NCBI GenBank assembly: GCA_023213395.1
Contig: CM041465.1
Span: forward strand, 62,317,741-62,381,740
Source of the DNA: Cycas panzhihuaensis
Lineage: Eukaryota; Plantae; Cycadophyta
Length of the DNA stretch: 64,000 nt
Direction of reading: 5' to 3'
The position numbers and the translations under genes were made by a program. Below are positions 1 through 12,759 of this stretch, piece after piece. Under the pieces are notes generated by a model. The model searched no databases and was not told where the DNA came from. It saw only the letters and a program-made list of their open reading frames with translations. Positions within the stretch are counted from its first letter, which is position 1; every line of letters starts with the position of its first letter.

Positions 1-3000
1 TGTTGGGTGTGGTCCTTGACTACTTGAACCTTAGAACTGATTATGGCATAATTGTTAAGTCTGGGTGGTTCATAGCCATATAATGCTTGGAAGAGAGTCA
101 TTCTTACTGATGCATGATAGGTTGTATTATACTACCATTCTGCTAAAGGAAGTCAATTATACCATTGGACCTACTTATCTGAAGCATAATAATAAAGGTA
201 TTCTTAAATACACTTATTAACCACCTCAGTTTGACCATCTATTAATGGATGGTAGGATGAGCTCATTATCAATTTGGTACTAAGTAGATGGAAGAGTTCC
301 ATATAGAAGTTGCTAATGAACTTCAGGTCTTAACCATCACCTATGATTATCCTGTAAAAAGATTTCAATAAATTTCTTTACTTTATATATGGCATGGATG
401 CCACAAAATTGAGCATATTTGGTTAGCTTATCAATAGCCATAAGTATAACATCTTTTCCTTCTGACTTAGGTAGACCCACAATGAAGTGTATAGAAATTT
501 CTTCCCATCATTGATTTAATATAGGAATGGGTTGCAACAATGCTAGGGACTTGACTGTTTCTATCTTATATCATTGACAAATTTCACATGAGGAAACATA
601 TCTCTTTACATCTCCATTTTGGTCTTTCCAAAAGAAATATTATTTTAAGCACTAGTATAACCATAGGAAACCCGAGTGACCTGCTATTAGGGAGGGATGT
701 ACATCATGTAAAATTTGCTCCTTGAGGCTAGAGTGAGGGCATCTATATATATATATATAATTCTTATACTAGAGAATATTTGCAGAGCATATGTAGTGGG
801 TTGAATACCCTACCCTAGCTTGAAGGTCTTAAATGATGTTCTTTATAAAGGGGTCTTGATCCCATTCTTGTTTGGTGACTTTTATCCAAGAGGGGTTGAC
901 CATAGTGATAGAATATAGTATAAAGCCTTCTTCTTTATGAGACAAAGTATTAACTGCTATATTATCCTTGCCTTTTTATATATAATTTCAAAGTCAAAAT
1001 CCTAGATTTTGGTGACCTATTTTTATTGTTCTTCAGATGCTATCCTTTGACCTACGAAATATGTTAAGCTATCATGGTTTGTTTTAATTTAGAAATATAT
1101 TCCTAGTAAATATTATTACCATTTCCTAACTATATAGAGGATTATTAACATCTCCTTCTCATAGATGGATTTGACTTTTTCTTTAGGTATAAGTTTAGGA
1201 CTTTCAAAGGCCAAAGGTTTCCCTTCTTGTATTAAGATTACTCTAATACCTTTCTCTATTACTTCATATTCAATGGTGAAAGTCTTTATAAAGTCTGATA
1301 TTACAAGGACTAGAGTGGTAGTTAAAGCCATGTTTAGGTGTTCAAATACTTTAAAGGCCTTATCATTCAAATAAATAGAATCATTTTTTAACAAGTTGAT
1401 TAAAGGAAAAGTAATCCTTATATAGCTCTGCATAAACTTTTGATAATATCTTATGATTTGTAAGAATCCATGAAGGCCCTTAATGTTTTTGGATTTAGGC
1501 TAGTTTGTGATAACTTTAATTTTCTTAGGATTTACCTTAACTCCTTCTTGAGGGATAATATGGCCCAAATATTCTATTTTTGTTTACCTAAATTAACATT
1601 TTAATTTTTTGGCATCAAGTTAATTATCTATAAGCACCAATAATACCTTATTAACATGCTAAAGATGGTCTTTCCATATACAACTGAAGATCAAAATGCC
1701 ATAAAGAAAGACTAACATAAACTTCCTGAAGTAAGGTTGAAAGAGTTTGTTCATGAGTCTTTGAAAGGTAGATGGGGTATTAGTTAATCCAAATAGCATG
1801 ACTAAAAATTTATAATATTCTTCATGCGTATAAAATATAATTTTATGAATATTCTCTACTTTGATCTCAATTTGATGGTATCCTGGCTATAAGTCTAATG
1901 ATACGAAGAATGTTACTCCATGGAGTTCATCCAAGAGTTTATCGATGACTGGTACAGGAAATTTATCCTTGATGGTTATCTTATTGAGCTTGTGGTAGTC
2001 TACACATATGTAAAATAAGCCATCCTTTTTCTTACTAAAATCATTAGGTCAAAAAAGGTACTTTTACTTTCCCTAATAGTACTAACATTAAGGAGTTCTT
2101 AAACTAGTTGCTCAATTTCATTCTTTTGTTGGTAAGAGTACCGATATGGTTAAATATAAGGAGGATTTCTTCTAGCTACTAGGTCAATGCTACAATCTTA
2201 GTCACGTGCTAGGGGGAGACCTTAAAAAATATTCTAAAAGACCTGGTTGTGGTGGTGAAGTACCAATTTTAAGTCATTTGGTATACCATCATCTTGGAGA
2301 ATGTCTCCTTTTATTAGAAGTTCTTGACCTTCCAAAGCATAATATTTGGCAATGATTCCTATACCACCCTTTATAAAGAGCTTCTCTATATAATGTGAGA
2401 TAATGATTTAGGTTGGAGGAGGAATGATCCTATTTAATTGATAGTTAATTCATTTAGAGGTAAATCAGATGAAAAGCTCTTGCATATTTAGTTGAATGGT
2501 CCCTACTAGTTTAAGCCATTATATCCCCAATACAACATTGACTCCTCCAATGGGAATGACATACATGGAAATGGAGAGGTGATAGTCACCCATTTACAAC
2601 TTGATATTATGGCATTTTCTCCCATAAGAGAGTGTCCCACCATTAGTCACCATAACCTTGAAAATTTTGATAAGATATAGAAAATAGTTAAGTTCTTTAG
2701 CAAGTTTTCGATTAATGAAACTATAGGTGCTCCCAAAATCTATGAGGTCAACCATTTTCCTTTTCTTAATGTACCCAATAAGTTTGAGTATTTTTAGGGC
2801 CATGATTCTAATAAAGGCATGCACAAATATAGTAACATTATCTTCTTCATCCTCCTTAGGTGGGTTACAGTTATCATTTTCTCGCTCTAAGGAGGCTTCG
2901 TCTATTGATTCATCATCTCGGACATCCTTAATAATGAATAAATGTCATTTAGGATACTTATGTTCTAGTTATAACAAAAATATAACCATTTCAACTGTTT

Positions 3001-3340
3001 CTCATACACCTCTTAGGAAGTCATCATCATACACTAGGAACCTAAAATTATGGTTACTTTTCTAGGAATATTTATGGGAGGGGTCAATATGCCTTATTTT
3101 TTACTTCAATATATTGAGAAAAATTGATAGCTATAAAGATGTTATCAGGTTTTAGGAGTCAAAACTCATCTCTAATGTTATCCCATAACCTACTAATGTA
3201 CAACTCAAGTAATTTATTCTGATAAAGACCATTAACCCTTGTGGAGAGATGCCAGTGTTCTACTATATAAGCCAAAATAGTGTCCTTCTATCTAACTTTA
3301 GTTAACTGGTTAAAGTAGTCATGATCTCAAGCAATAAAGA
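1..3340 (-). mobile_element. Degenerate Ty3/gypsy (chromovirus-like) gag-pol remnant; runs off the window start
   Basis: Minus-strand order is gag remnant (~3100-3330), protease 'VDLIDFGSTYSFIN' (2594-2824), RT (~1440-2160, [17 protein letters not shown]), RNase H 'LIQEGKPLAFESPKL..SIYEKEML' (1116-1433), integrase 'SSYHPLxDGQTEVVNKC' (~200-270). Many stops and frameshifts. Confidence 0.9.
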
Positions 3341-3419
3341 GCAAAGTACAACTGTGAAAGTAATATTAATAGAACTTTAACTATGTAAAGAACAAATAGT
3401 ATAAATAATTCAAGCACAT

Positions 3420-5921
3420 AAATTCTGAATTCATTCTATCTCTCTTAGCTCTTATACAAAAGGAAAAATGCCTCATACTTGCACTTTTGGTCTCTCCTCC
3501 TATTCTTCTCTTCTCCAAGGATGAAACCCTAGAATGCAAGTCTATACTAGCTCTTCTCTAGTAGGCCTTCCTTTTATGGTGCTCACTCCAACAGTAGCAA
3601 CATGTTTCATAAGTTTTTGAGACTCATTCTTACCTCCAAAAGGAGCCCTTTCTTCACCTAATAAGAGGAATCCTCATCTTTTCATTTATACATGAGGTAA
3701 GATTTATTTTCCTTCAGTTTTTATGACTGTATCAGGTTTATTTCTTGCCATTCTCCCCTTTAGTAAACATATTTGGTATATATTTCAATTTATATCAAGG
3801 TTTGCATACATCTTTATCTCTTTTGGGGTGTCCAAACTAAGGCAAACCCTTCCTTTCTTCTTGATTACATCTCTATGCCCCTTGGGTTCTTCTTAGGACA
3901 CAAGTAGGTGGATTATGGGATCCCTTTGAGAGGGAGAACAGGAGTTCATGGCTAGGGTTTCAACACTTACAGCCATATCCTCCAAGAGAAACCCCCTACT
4001 TCTCTTGGCTTTCCTACTCCGTATCCATCCTATACATCAAGAAAGATCTTGGGTAGGGGCCTCATTTACAGCCCCTTACAATGCTTGCAACCATCTTGTA
4101 TATGCATTATTTGATAGCAAATTTCTTTGTATACTTTGTCATTTTATGAGATTTCCATTTTCTCTTGCATATCTCGCAAAAGTTGTAACATTGTGAATTT
4201 TACAACATTTGCACTTTTTACAGCCTTTATAACTTCTTAATATTTGTAAGTTACATTATCTTTATTTACTTTGAGTTATAAATCCTCGTTTAACTTGTTT
4301 CCTAGAGTATCCAAGCATGCAAGAGGTATCCTATTTGAGGGATCTAGCCATTGTGAGGCTCTCCTTTCTCTCACCTTTAAAACCTCACTTTTTCCTAAAA
4401 TGTTGCTTAGAAACATTTAAGTATATAGTGGGAATATTGAGAAGTCAGTTGTTTCTTTTCTTTTGAAACATTAAGAAAGTTTAGGTTTCACTTTGATGAG
4501 CATACATACACACACATATCCATATTCACATGCACATATATGTTATTGCTTGTTGAAAGGGTCTGTCTACAAGGAAACTCTACCTACCTTGAGCAAGTAA
4601 GATCATTTTGAAAGGTTTGTATATCCCATTTACATTTGTTTTCCTTTGAAGATTTCCTTTGAAGTTCTTTGCTCTTTTATAATACATTTCGGGGAAGGTA
4701 AGAAAGCCCCAACTATGGTTTCATTCATAATACCAACCATGGCTTAGAGCGTAGAGTGACCGACAAAAGGAAGACAATAGAGGGAAGGAGAGGCACTCCA
4801 TTGATTGGCTTGTTTCTAGGTGTACTTCTTCCAACCTTCCTCTTCCTTCTTATTCTTTTCTTCCCCCCTTTTTCTGCCAAAAAGGAAATTGGTTGCATTT
4901 ATACAAAACTTATAATCATTTGCTCTGTTTACTTGCATCCATCTAAGGGAAAGTATAAAGGAATATCATTCATATTTGCTCTCTTAATCTTTTCATTAAT
5001 ATGTATTGACCTTACACCCCCCTTTCCTCTTACATAAACATGAAAAAGGATAATTTGTACTAGTGCATCCTTCATTTCCCCGCTAAAAGGAAAGTGATAG
5101 AAAGGGTTTTGTTTTCTTTGTTGCATCCTCCTATTCACTTTGTATATACAAGAGTAGGAACAAGAAGGGGAACTTATGCTTTTGATAGTCATCCTTTTTC
5201 CATGCATCGTTAAGGAAAGTTTCATAAGTCATCTATACTCTTCCTCTTCTTCGCATCCCCTTTCTCCCTTCATTTAATATATTTGTTGATAAAGATAAAA
5301 GAGAGAGAGAATAAAAGAAGAGAGAAAGAGAGTATCTTTTGAGTTGCATTTACTTAGCATTGATAGTTTATATCTTCACACTATCTTTAAGAAAGACCAA
5401 GACACTACCCAAACCCTTGGCATACTTAGTCCACTTGCTTTGTTTAACCTAAACCCTAGAGGCATTCCTTTAAGTGATCTTTAGCAAAATACACCATTAA
5501 TCTTGTCTTCTTAGATTTGGTTTCCATATACCAAATCCCTTCCACATCTTTCAATTAATTGTTTCCCTCTCTTATTTTATAGGCCTCTACCCTGTTAGGG
5601 CTTCCCTCCTCTTTTCCCCTTCTTTCGAGAAGAGAGCTTTGATCCTCCCTCTCCTTCCTTCATCCATCAAGATAGGAGAGTCCTCCCCTAGGCTACTCAG
5701 CAAACTGAGGATGCCCTTACCTAACTCAAATTTGAGAAGGTCCTTGCTAAAAGGGAAAGTCTTATGCATTATTTATCGGTCTTAGAACCTGTGTTATGAT
5801 GCATGAATGCCCTTTATGGATGACTTATCCCCTTATCCTAAAGGATCTGTAGGCCCTTGTCATAATGATAATGTAGGATTAATATCCTTATAGTTACTGA
5901 CCCCCTAGAGGCGTGCTTCCA
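3420..5921 (+). repeat. 5' LTR of the Tat element (left part missing)
   Basis: 3420-4175 aligns with 19245-19945 and 50895-51662 (about 85% in a hand-aligned 143-bp sample). Ends in ...TTCCA at 5921, just before the PBS. Confidence 0.7.
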
Positions 5922-5922
5922 C

Positions 5923-5940
5923 TAGTGACCATACTGGGGA
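5923..5940 (+). promoter_or_regulatory. Primer binding site, tRNA-Arg type (Ogre/Tat-like)
   Basis: TAGTGACCATACTGGGGA resembles the Ogre/Tat consensus TGGCGACTCCACTGGGGA, partly through deamination-type changes. Confidence 0.7.
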
Positions 5941-7329
5941 CTTGACAGTAAAGGAATCTTTCTAGTTTCCTTTGGGTTAGCATTGCCTTTCTCTTTTGGC
6001 ATCCCTTCTTGATTCATTAGGCATCCCTCAACATCCTTTACTTCACTTGTCTCTCTGCCTTCCAGAGTTTTAGATGGAACTTAAATGCAACATTTCTCTC
6101 ATCGTTTACGAGGTCTCCCTCCTTCTTTAGAAGAGTCACCTTATTCTCCCCTTCCCTTATCTGATTTTGAATCAACCATGGAGGGATTCTCTTCAAAATG
6201 GGCTTATCATGCCTATATTTTTTAAGCTCAACAACAACCTTCAAGAATATTGGGTGATCAAGAGTACCCAAGTCTCCATCATCTCCCTACACATGATGTG
6301 GGGGCTTCTTCTCCCATGGGATATCACCACCTTGGTGATAGTGCCTATGAGGATTGCCTTGCAGTATCTACTTTATTTGAGGAACCCTCTACCTCATATG
6401 AATAAGTAGGAACCCCTCCCATGGATTTAGTGGAAGTGTTACACCAATGCTTCTAAGCTATAAGTCTCCAACCACCCCTAAAGTGGTTAGAAAGCATCTT
6501 GCATACTGTAGTGCCCTCCTCTTCTTCATATACACCTCCTTACTCCTCTCATTCTACTTTGATATCCATAACAGGACCATTCCTTATTGTTTCTTCTTCC
6601 TAATATGTCACCCACACTTTAGGGACCACGCAAGGCATACTCACCTCACAAATCAGGTTGAGTATCTCTCCTCCTAGCCAAGTGACCACATCTCAACTGA
6701 CCATGGTCCATCCATATCTAACCTGATCTAAGGGACTCTTGTGTCCCACTTCTTCCAGCCACATGGGTCAAATCCCCACGTATCCTCAACACCAACCTAG
6801 GGATCCTTCTCTTTACGTACCCTTGAGATATACTTCCCAACCATGAGGGCATGGAAATAGAAATCCCCTTCATGTCTATGGAGTAGACTCCACCCATATG
6901 GCATTGCACCACCCACAGGTGGACCATATGGGAAAAACTATATTCTTCACTCATATGTTTCATCTTCATGGGTCACCTCACATGTGGTGCCTTCATAAGG
7001 AGGATAGACTTCTCCTCAAGGCTCCTTTCCCTAAGTCCTCTTTCAATAAGGGGCAGATCATAAAGGGGGAATAGGTCCCTCTTACTTATTCACCTCTCTC
7101 CTAGTTCCTTCGCATCTAGGATTAGTCCCTTCCCATCAAGTAGGAGGGAATTCATATATCCCCTTTAGTTAAACCTATAAAGAAGGATTTGGGTGTCCAT
7201 GCCCACCTCCTCCTTCATCTTTCATTGACACATCAACTCAACCAAGGGCCCATCCCTTCATTGAATGTAGGTGAACTCCTTTGTCCATCAAGGCATTAAG
7301 GACCAACTTACTGCCTCATCTCTCTTCCT

Positions 7330-9160
7330 AAGGCCCAACTAAGTATGTCAAGAGTTGCTCCATGGTATGTATTGATTATTAGGCCTATAATCACATTTTA
7401 ATGAAACTTTTTCTACATTCCTTGTAGGGTGATGCCCTTAAGTGCTTCTACCACCTCCCTGCCCATTTGATTCATTCATTCCAACAACCTGTGGATGAGT
7501 TCATCAATAATTTTGATGTTGCTTGTCCCTTTGAGAGTATAATAAAAGCCTTACTTTCCCTTAAACAAGTTCATGAGGAGATGAATCATGACTTTGTTAC
7601 GCACTTTCAGAATCTCCTCTGCTCCACAAAGGCCACATTGCTTGAGGAGCTGAAGAGGGATATCTTCATGAATGCCCTCTATCTCAAAGTACATGTTGAG
7701 GTCCTCAAAATAGGGGCAACAACATGTGATTCTACCAGAGCTAAGTGCTTAGCTCTTAAGATTATTGAGATCTAAGAAGGTCTCAAGAAACCTCTCAAAC
7801 TGTCATAACGACAAGAGGCACCCCCTGCGTCGCATGACATAAAACCCCAACAACTGCAAAAGTCTTCAATACACTCAATGGAGAAGACTTTGGATCCCTT
7901 GACCTCTACCATATATTCTTTTTAGCATATAATAAAGGAGTCTAAGCTCCAAGCTCCTCCCTTATTGACAAACTCCCAAAGGCATGTCCATCAGGCCTTC
8001 TAAGCAGCGCCTCTTAAGGATGGAAATACCCAATCCTCTCAAGTAAGGAATACTAAGCCTTCCTTGGAAAAGAAGTGGTGCTCCATCCATGGTGAATTCT
8101 TTCATGATCATATGCAATGTAGGGTGCAATATCCTAAACCTGTTCCACATCATGATTCCTCCCCAAGTAGGTGTTCAAACCCAATATAAACCAACCCATT
8201 CGTAGAGATCCCTTCCCTAAATATGAGGAACGAGATCAACATACCCAACATAGAGGGAATTGAAATAGAAGAAGATCTCCTAATCCTCTTCCCACACAAG
8301 CTAAAGAGAATGGGACAAGAAGTTCTTCCTCTTCTTTTAGTTCTTGCCATCAAATCCCTTTGCCTTCTCAATCCCAAAATAAGGGAAAGAGAATCATCTA
8401 AATATTCAAGACCACACTCTTATATACTCTAACTAGGTCTTAAGCAGCTAAGAAGGCTATAGGTGCCTCTTCCTCTTCTCAACTTGATCCTCCCTTGGAT
8501 AACCATACTTCTGAGATTCCTCCACTCCCCAAGACCATTCCTATCTGGCCAGGTCACTATGATTTCTGAAGGGTGCTTCCCTAACCAACTAGGAAAGGAA
8601 AATCTTTCTAAATCATAGATGAGCTTCACACTATGGCCACCAGGATGTCCATGATAGACGTCTTAAGGAGTTGTCCAAAGCAACGTGATCTCCTTTTGGA
8701 GATTGTAGGGTTGGTAGATGCATCCATCCAAGCTTTGAGTGTTATCCCAAGTCAGGAGCTCATCATCTCTTTCGACCTTAAAGACCTCCCTCCAACCAAT
8801 GAAAGGGAATATCAATGGCATTACCCTTTCACCATATCTATAAACACTCATGAGTGTACCATTATAAGAATTATTTTAGATAATAGTTCTTCTATTAATG
8901 CTATGCCTCTATACATCATGTAAGAGTTGGGCATAGTAGCTCTTGAGCTAGTTCTGTGGAGTTGCCGGGGCTACGATGGTAGCGAGAAAATGACCTTAGG
9001 ATCTATCTCTATCCCCCTTACCATCAAGGACAAAACTATCCTCACTTATATCATTGTCCTCGACGTAGATGTGGACTATAACCTTCTATTAGGATGTCCA
9101 TGGATCGACTAGATAAGAGCCATGTATTTGTCCCATTGGGGATAGCTCAAATTCATCCAT
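7330..9160 (+). pseudogene. Tat gag (retrotrans_gag, CHHC knuckle) and aspartic protease
   Basis: 'MKLFLHSL*GDALKCFYHLPAHLIHSFQQPVDEFINNF' (~7400-7520); 'WCSIHGEFFHDHMQC' CX2HX4HX4C (~8075-8120); 'RIILDNSSSINAMP' and 'DYNLLLGCPWI' (8633-9112). Confidence 0.85.
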
Positions 9161-10029
9161 GAAGGACGAATGAAAGTTATTTCTTGTGAGCCTCCTTCCA
9201 TTAAACAATCACACCAATCTCATCATATGGTTCATGATCTAGTAAAGGGTAACAAAGGACCATCCACTCACGCTTCCACATGCATGATTGATATTCCTAT
9301 TACTTCCTACTTGGAGGAAGGACCTTCCTCTTCCTCTTCTAACCTTATTTATTTTACCCCTATCGGTATAGGGAGTTATCGGTACCTCACTATTTTGAGT
9401 GACATTGAGTCCAATGGTGAGGACGAGGACCTCCCTCATCGTATATCCCTCCTAAACACCTGTAGGGAGCACTTGCTTCATTCTAAGTCCCAACCTGGAA
9501 ACCCTTCCACTGAGGAGCCTAATACTCCTGCTGAGTCACACATAATCATTCATATCTCTTGCATGACCTCCCACACCACTTCATCATCCATCTTGTCACC
9601 TTCCTTGGGTGATGAGGATAGGGGACCTCATATTCCATGATACACGAGGATATCCCCTGACTCTTATGAAGAGTCACTTGACTATATCAAGTGGTGGGTT
9701 GACCGTTATGGACCCATTTCTCCTCCTGCTTCTCACTCCTCATCCTCTCCAAGTATAACTATCCATGGTGTAGACCACTTTAAAAATGATGAGGTGTTTT
9801 TAAAGCATTTGGTAGGCTTCATGCCCAATCTCCCTTTTGGTCACCATAAGCTTGGTTACTGAAATATCCTAGCTCTTGGTTCACCCCTAGTTGACCCAAG
9901 TCAATCCAGTTCCTCTTTGCCCCTCATATTGACCAAGCCCCCCTTCATTTTGAGGATGGAAATGCAATGTGCATGGGGGCAACCAAGGACATCATCCTCA
10001 CACCTAGCAAGGTCGTTAACATAGGAGTA

Positions 10030-12074
10030 TAATGTTCCCCAAAAGAAATAGAGGAGTGCACTCTTTTCTTTTGGGAGTTCTATGATGTTTTTGCATGGGA
10101 TTACACTTATATGAAGGGAATAGATCCCCTCATCATCACCCATAATCTTAAAAATATCCCAGGTGCTTGTCTTGTGCAAAAAAAGTAATGCCCCCTTCAT
10201 TGTAAGTTGTTTGTTGATGTTAAGATGGAAGTTGAAAAACCCTTAGACACATTGTTGATTACTTCTATAGATTACCCTAAATGGGTTTACAACATCATTC
10301 CTATTGCTAAAAGGAATGGAATGATTTGGATATATATTGATTTTTGAGATATCAATAATACATGTACCAAAGATAACTTTCCTTTACCTTTCATTAATCA
10401 GATTATTGATCGCACCACCAATTTTGAAGTCATGTCATTAAAGGATGGCTTCTTTGGTTACAACCAAATCTAAATCTCCCTTGAAGACAGTCATAAAATA
10501 GCCTTCACTACTACTTGGGGTGTATTTGATTACAAAACAATGTACTTTGGACTTAAAAATACAAGCGCCACTTGAGTGAACGTTCAATCTGATCCCTTGA
10601 GATACCTCTTAACTTGATCTGAATTGATTGGTAGGACTGACAAATAGGTCATCCTCCTCCAAGAGTATGACCTTTAAATTATTAACAGGAAATTGAAGAA
10701 GGGAATGGTAGTCACTAAACAACTAGTTGATGCACCTATTTGTAACTCTTTTAATGTTCCCGCCGATGACTCTTTACCTGACAAGCATATCTTTTCCATC
10801 CAAAACTCATCACCCCATCCATTAGCTAGTAGCGAATGGTATGGGGGCATTGTATAATACCTTACTAAACAACAGTATTATCCTGATGCTAGTGACAAGG
10901 TGAAATCGCAACTTAGGGCTACTACTATGCAGTATTTCCTCATAGAGGAGGTATTGTACAAGAGATCTTTCGATGGGGTCCTCCTTCATTACATTGACCT
11001 TGATAAGGCAAACCAAATACTTCATGAGTGCCATAGTGGCTCTTGTGGGGCCCACTTTAGGGGCTAATCCATGGCTTAGAGGATCCTCTTTATGGGTTAT
11101 TACTAGTCATCTCTTTTCAAGGACAACCATGCCTATGCATTGCATTATCGTAGTTGCCAAGAGCACACCAATATTATTCATTCACCTTCTAAGGCCTTAC
11201 ACCTAATTATTTCTTTGTGGCCTTTTTCTTAATAGGGACTAGACCTTATCAGAGCCATAACCCCTCCTTTCTCATCACAATACAAGTTCATCTTGACTGC
11301 AATAGAGTATGTCTCCAAAAGGCCAAAGTGGTCCACTTATCATCCATTACTAGTAAGACTATAGCCACTTTTACCTACAAGCATATTATCTATTAATTTA
11401 GGATTCTTAATATCCTGATCACAGATAATGGAACTCTATTTTATAATAAAGAGATGGATAAACTTTGGGGGAAGTTTACGATATCCCACAAAACCTTGTC
11501 TCCTTATTATTCCGAGGCCAATGTCCAAATTGAATCTTTCAACAATACCCTTATCAATATCTTAAAGAAAATTATTGCTTAATCCTAAATGGATTGGCAT
11601 CTCCAACTTCCTTCTACTTTATGGGCATATTGCACTTTTGTTCACATGGCTACAAGGATGAATTTATTCTCCCTTATGTATGGGATTGAAGTGGTCCTTC
11701 CTTTGGAAGTCAAAATCCCCTCTTTAAGTGTTTCTCCTCGAGGTCTCATCGGTAAGGAGTCTTGCTACTAAACTCACCTCCTTGACCTCAAAGTCTTGTA
11801 TAAGAGACGCTTGATAGCATACCAATCAAACCTCACCTCTAAGGCCAGGGCATGAAGAATGCATGATAAATGTCTTTGTCCTCGCCCTCTAAATCTTGGG
11901 GACCATGTCCTAAAGCTTGAGTATCTCCATAACCATTTATCTAAATTTGGGCCTAAATGGGTCAATCCTTTTGCCATTCTTGAGAGCCTCAACAATGGCA
12001 CCTATAGGATACCTACCCTAGAGGGTCTCAAATTTGAGAGAGTTGTGAATGGTAAATTCCTAAAGAAGTTCTAA
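10030..12074 (+). pseudogene. Tat pol RT-RH-integrase, copy 1 (about 690 bp of RT/RH deleted at ~10572)
   Basis: 'DNFPLPFINQI', 'DGFFGYNQI'; integrase HHCC 'LHECHSGSCGAHF', 'ITDNG', 'DWHLQLPSTLWAYCT', GPY/F-like tail 'KFGPKWVNPF..VNGKFLKKF'. Confidence 0.9.
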
Positions 12075-12759
12075 TTTTGACCCTTTCTACTCTCAAGTAG
12101 GATAGGCAGACCCCTCTCCCGCTTCAAAATGAGCCTAAACTATCATTCTAAATGCATCATTGTTTCTCCTAGCCATAGGTATGATGATGGTTTGGAGTAT
12201 CTCTTCATCCTTTTGACTTCGTTACGTGCATTGCATATCTTATCTCCCTCCCATAGGAGACCTCTTATTTCCTAGTTAGTTAAGAAAACCTCCTTCGCTT
12301 CTGAGCATGGAGTCGCTTCCTAACCAAGGCCTTTTATTGCTTGGGTATATATACCCCCAATATACATGTGTAGCACCTCCTCTTAGTCTCACATATATCC
12401 ATCATCAATACACAAGGTGATTATATATTCCTACTATGGGTGTGACATCATATGAAAGGAAGCATGAATATCATTTGCATATGATCTAATAATAAAAACT
12501 ATATGGAAATCAAGTACAAGTATCTAAATGCATGACCCCTTATGCACCCATGCACCCATATCCATATGCATATGCTCATCTCTCTATGCATCATATAAAC
12601 AAATAAACTACTCAACAAAGTAATAACATCACAAATCCATCATAACATCATCAATATGTATTAAATGGGGTAACAATTAGCCCCCGTCTATATATGTACA
12701 AAGTCATATGGTACAATAGAATCATATGGTATATTATCTAAGTAATATACCTCAAGAAG

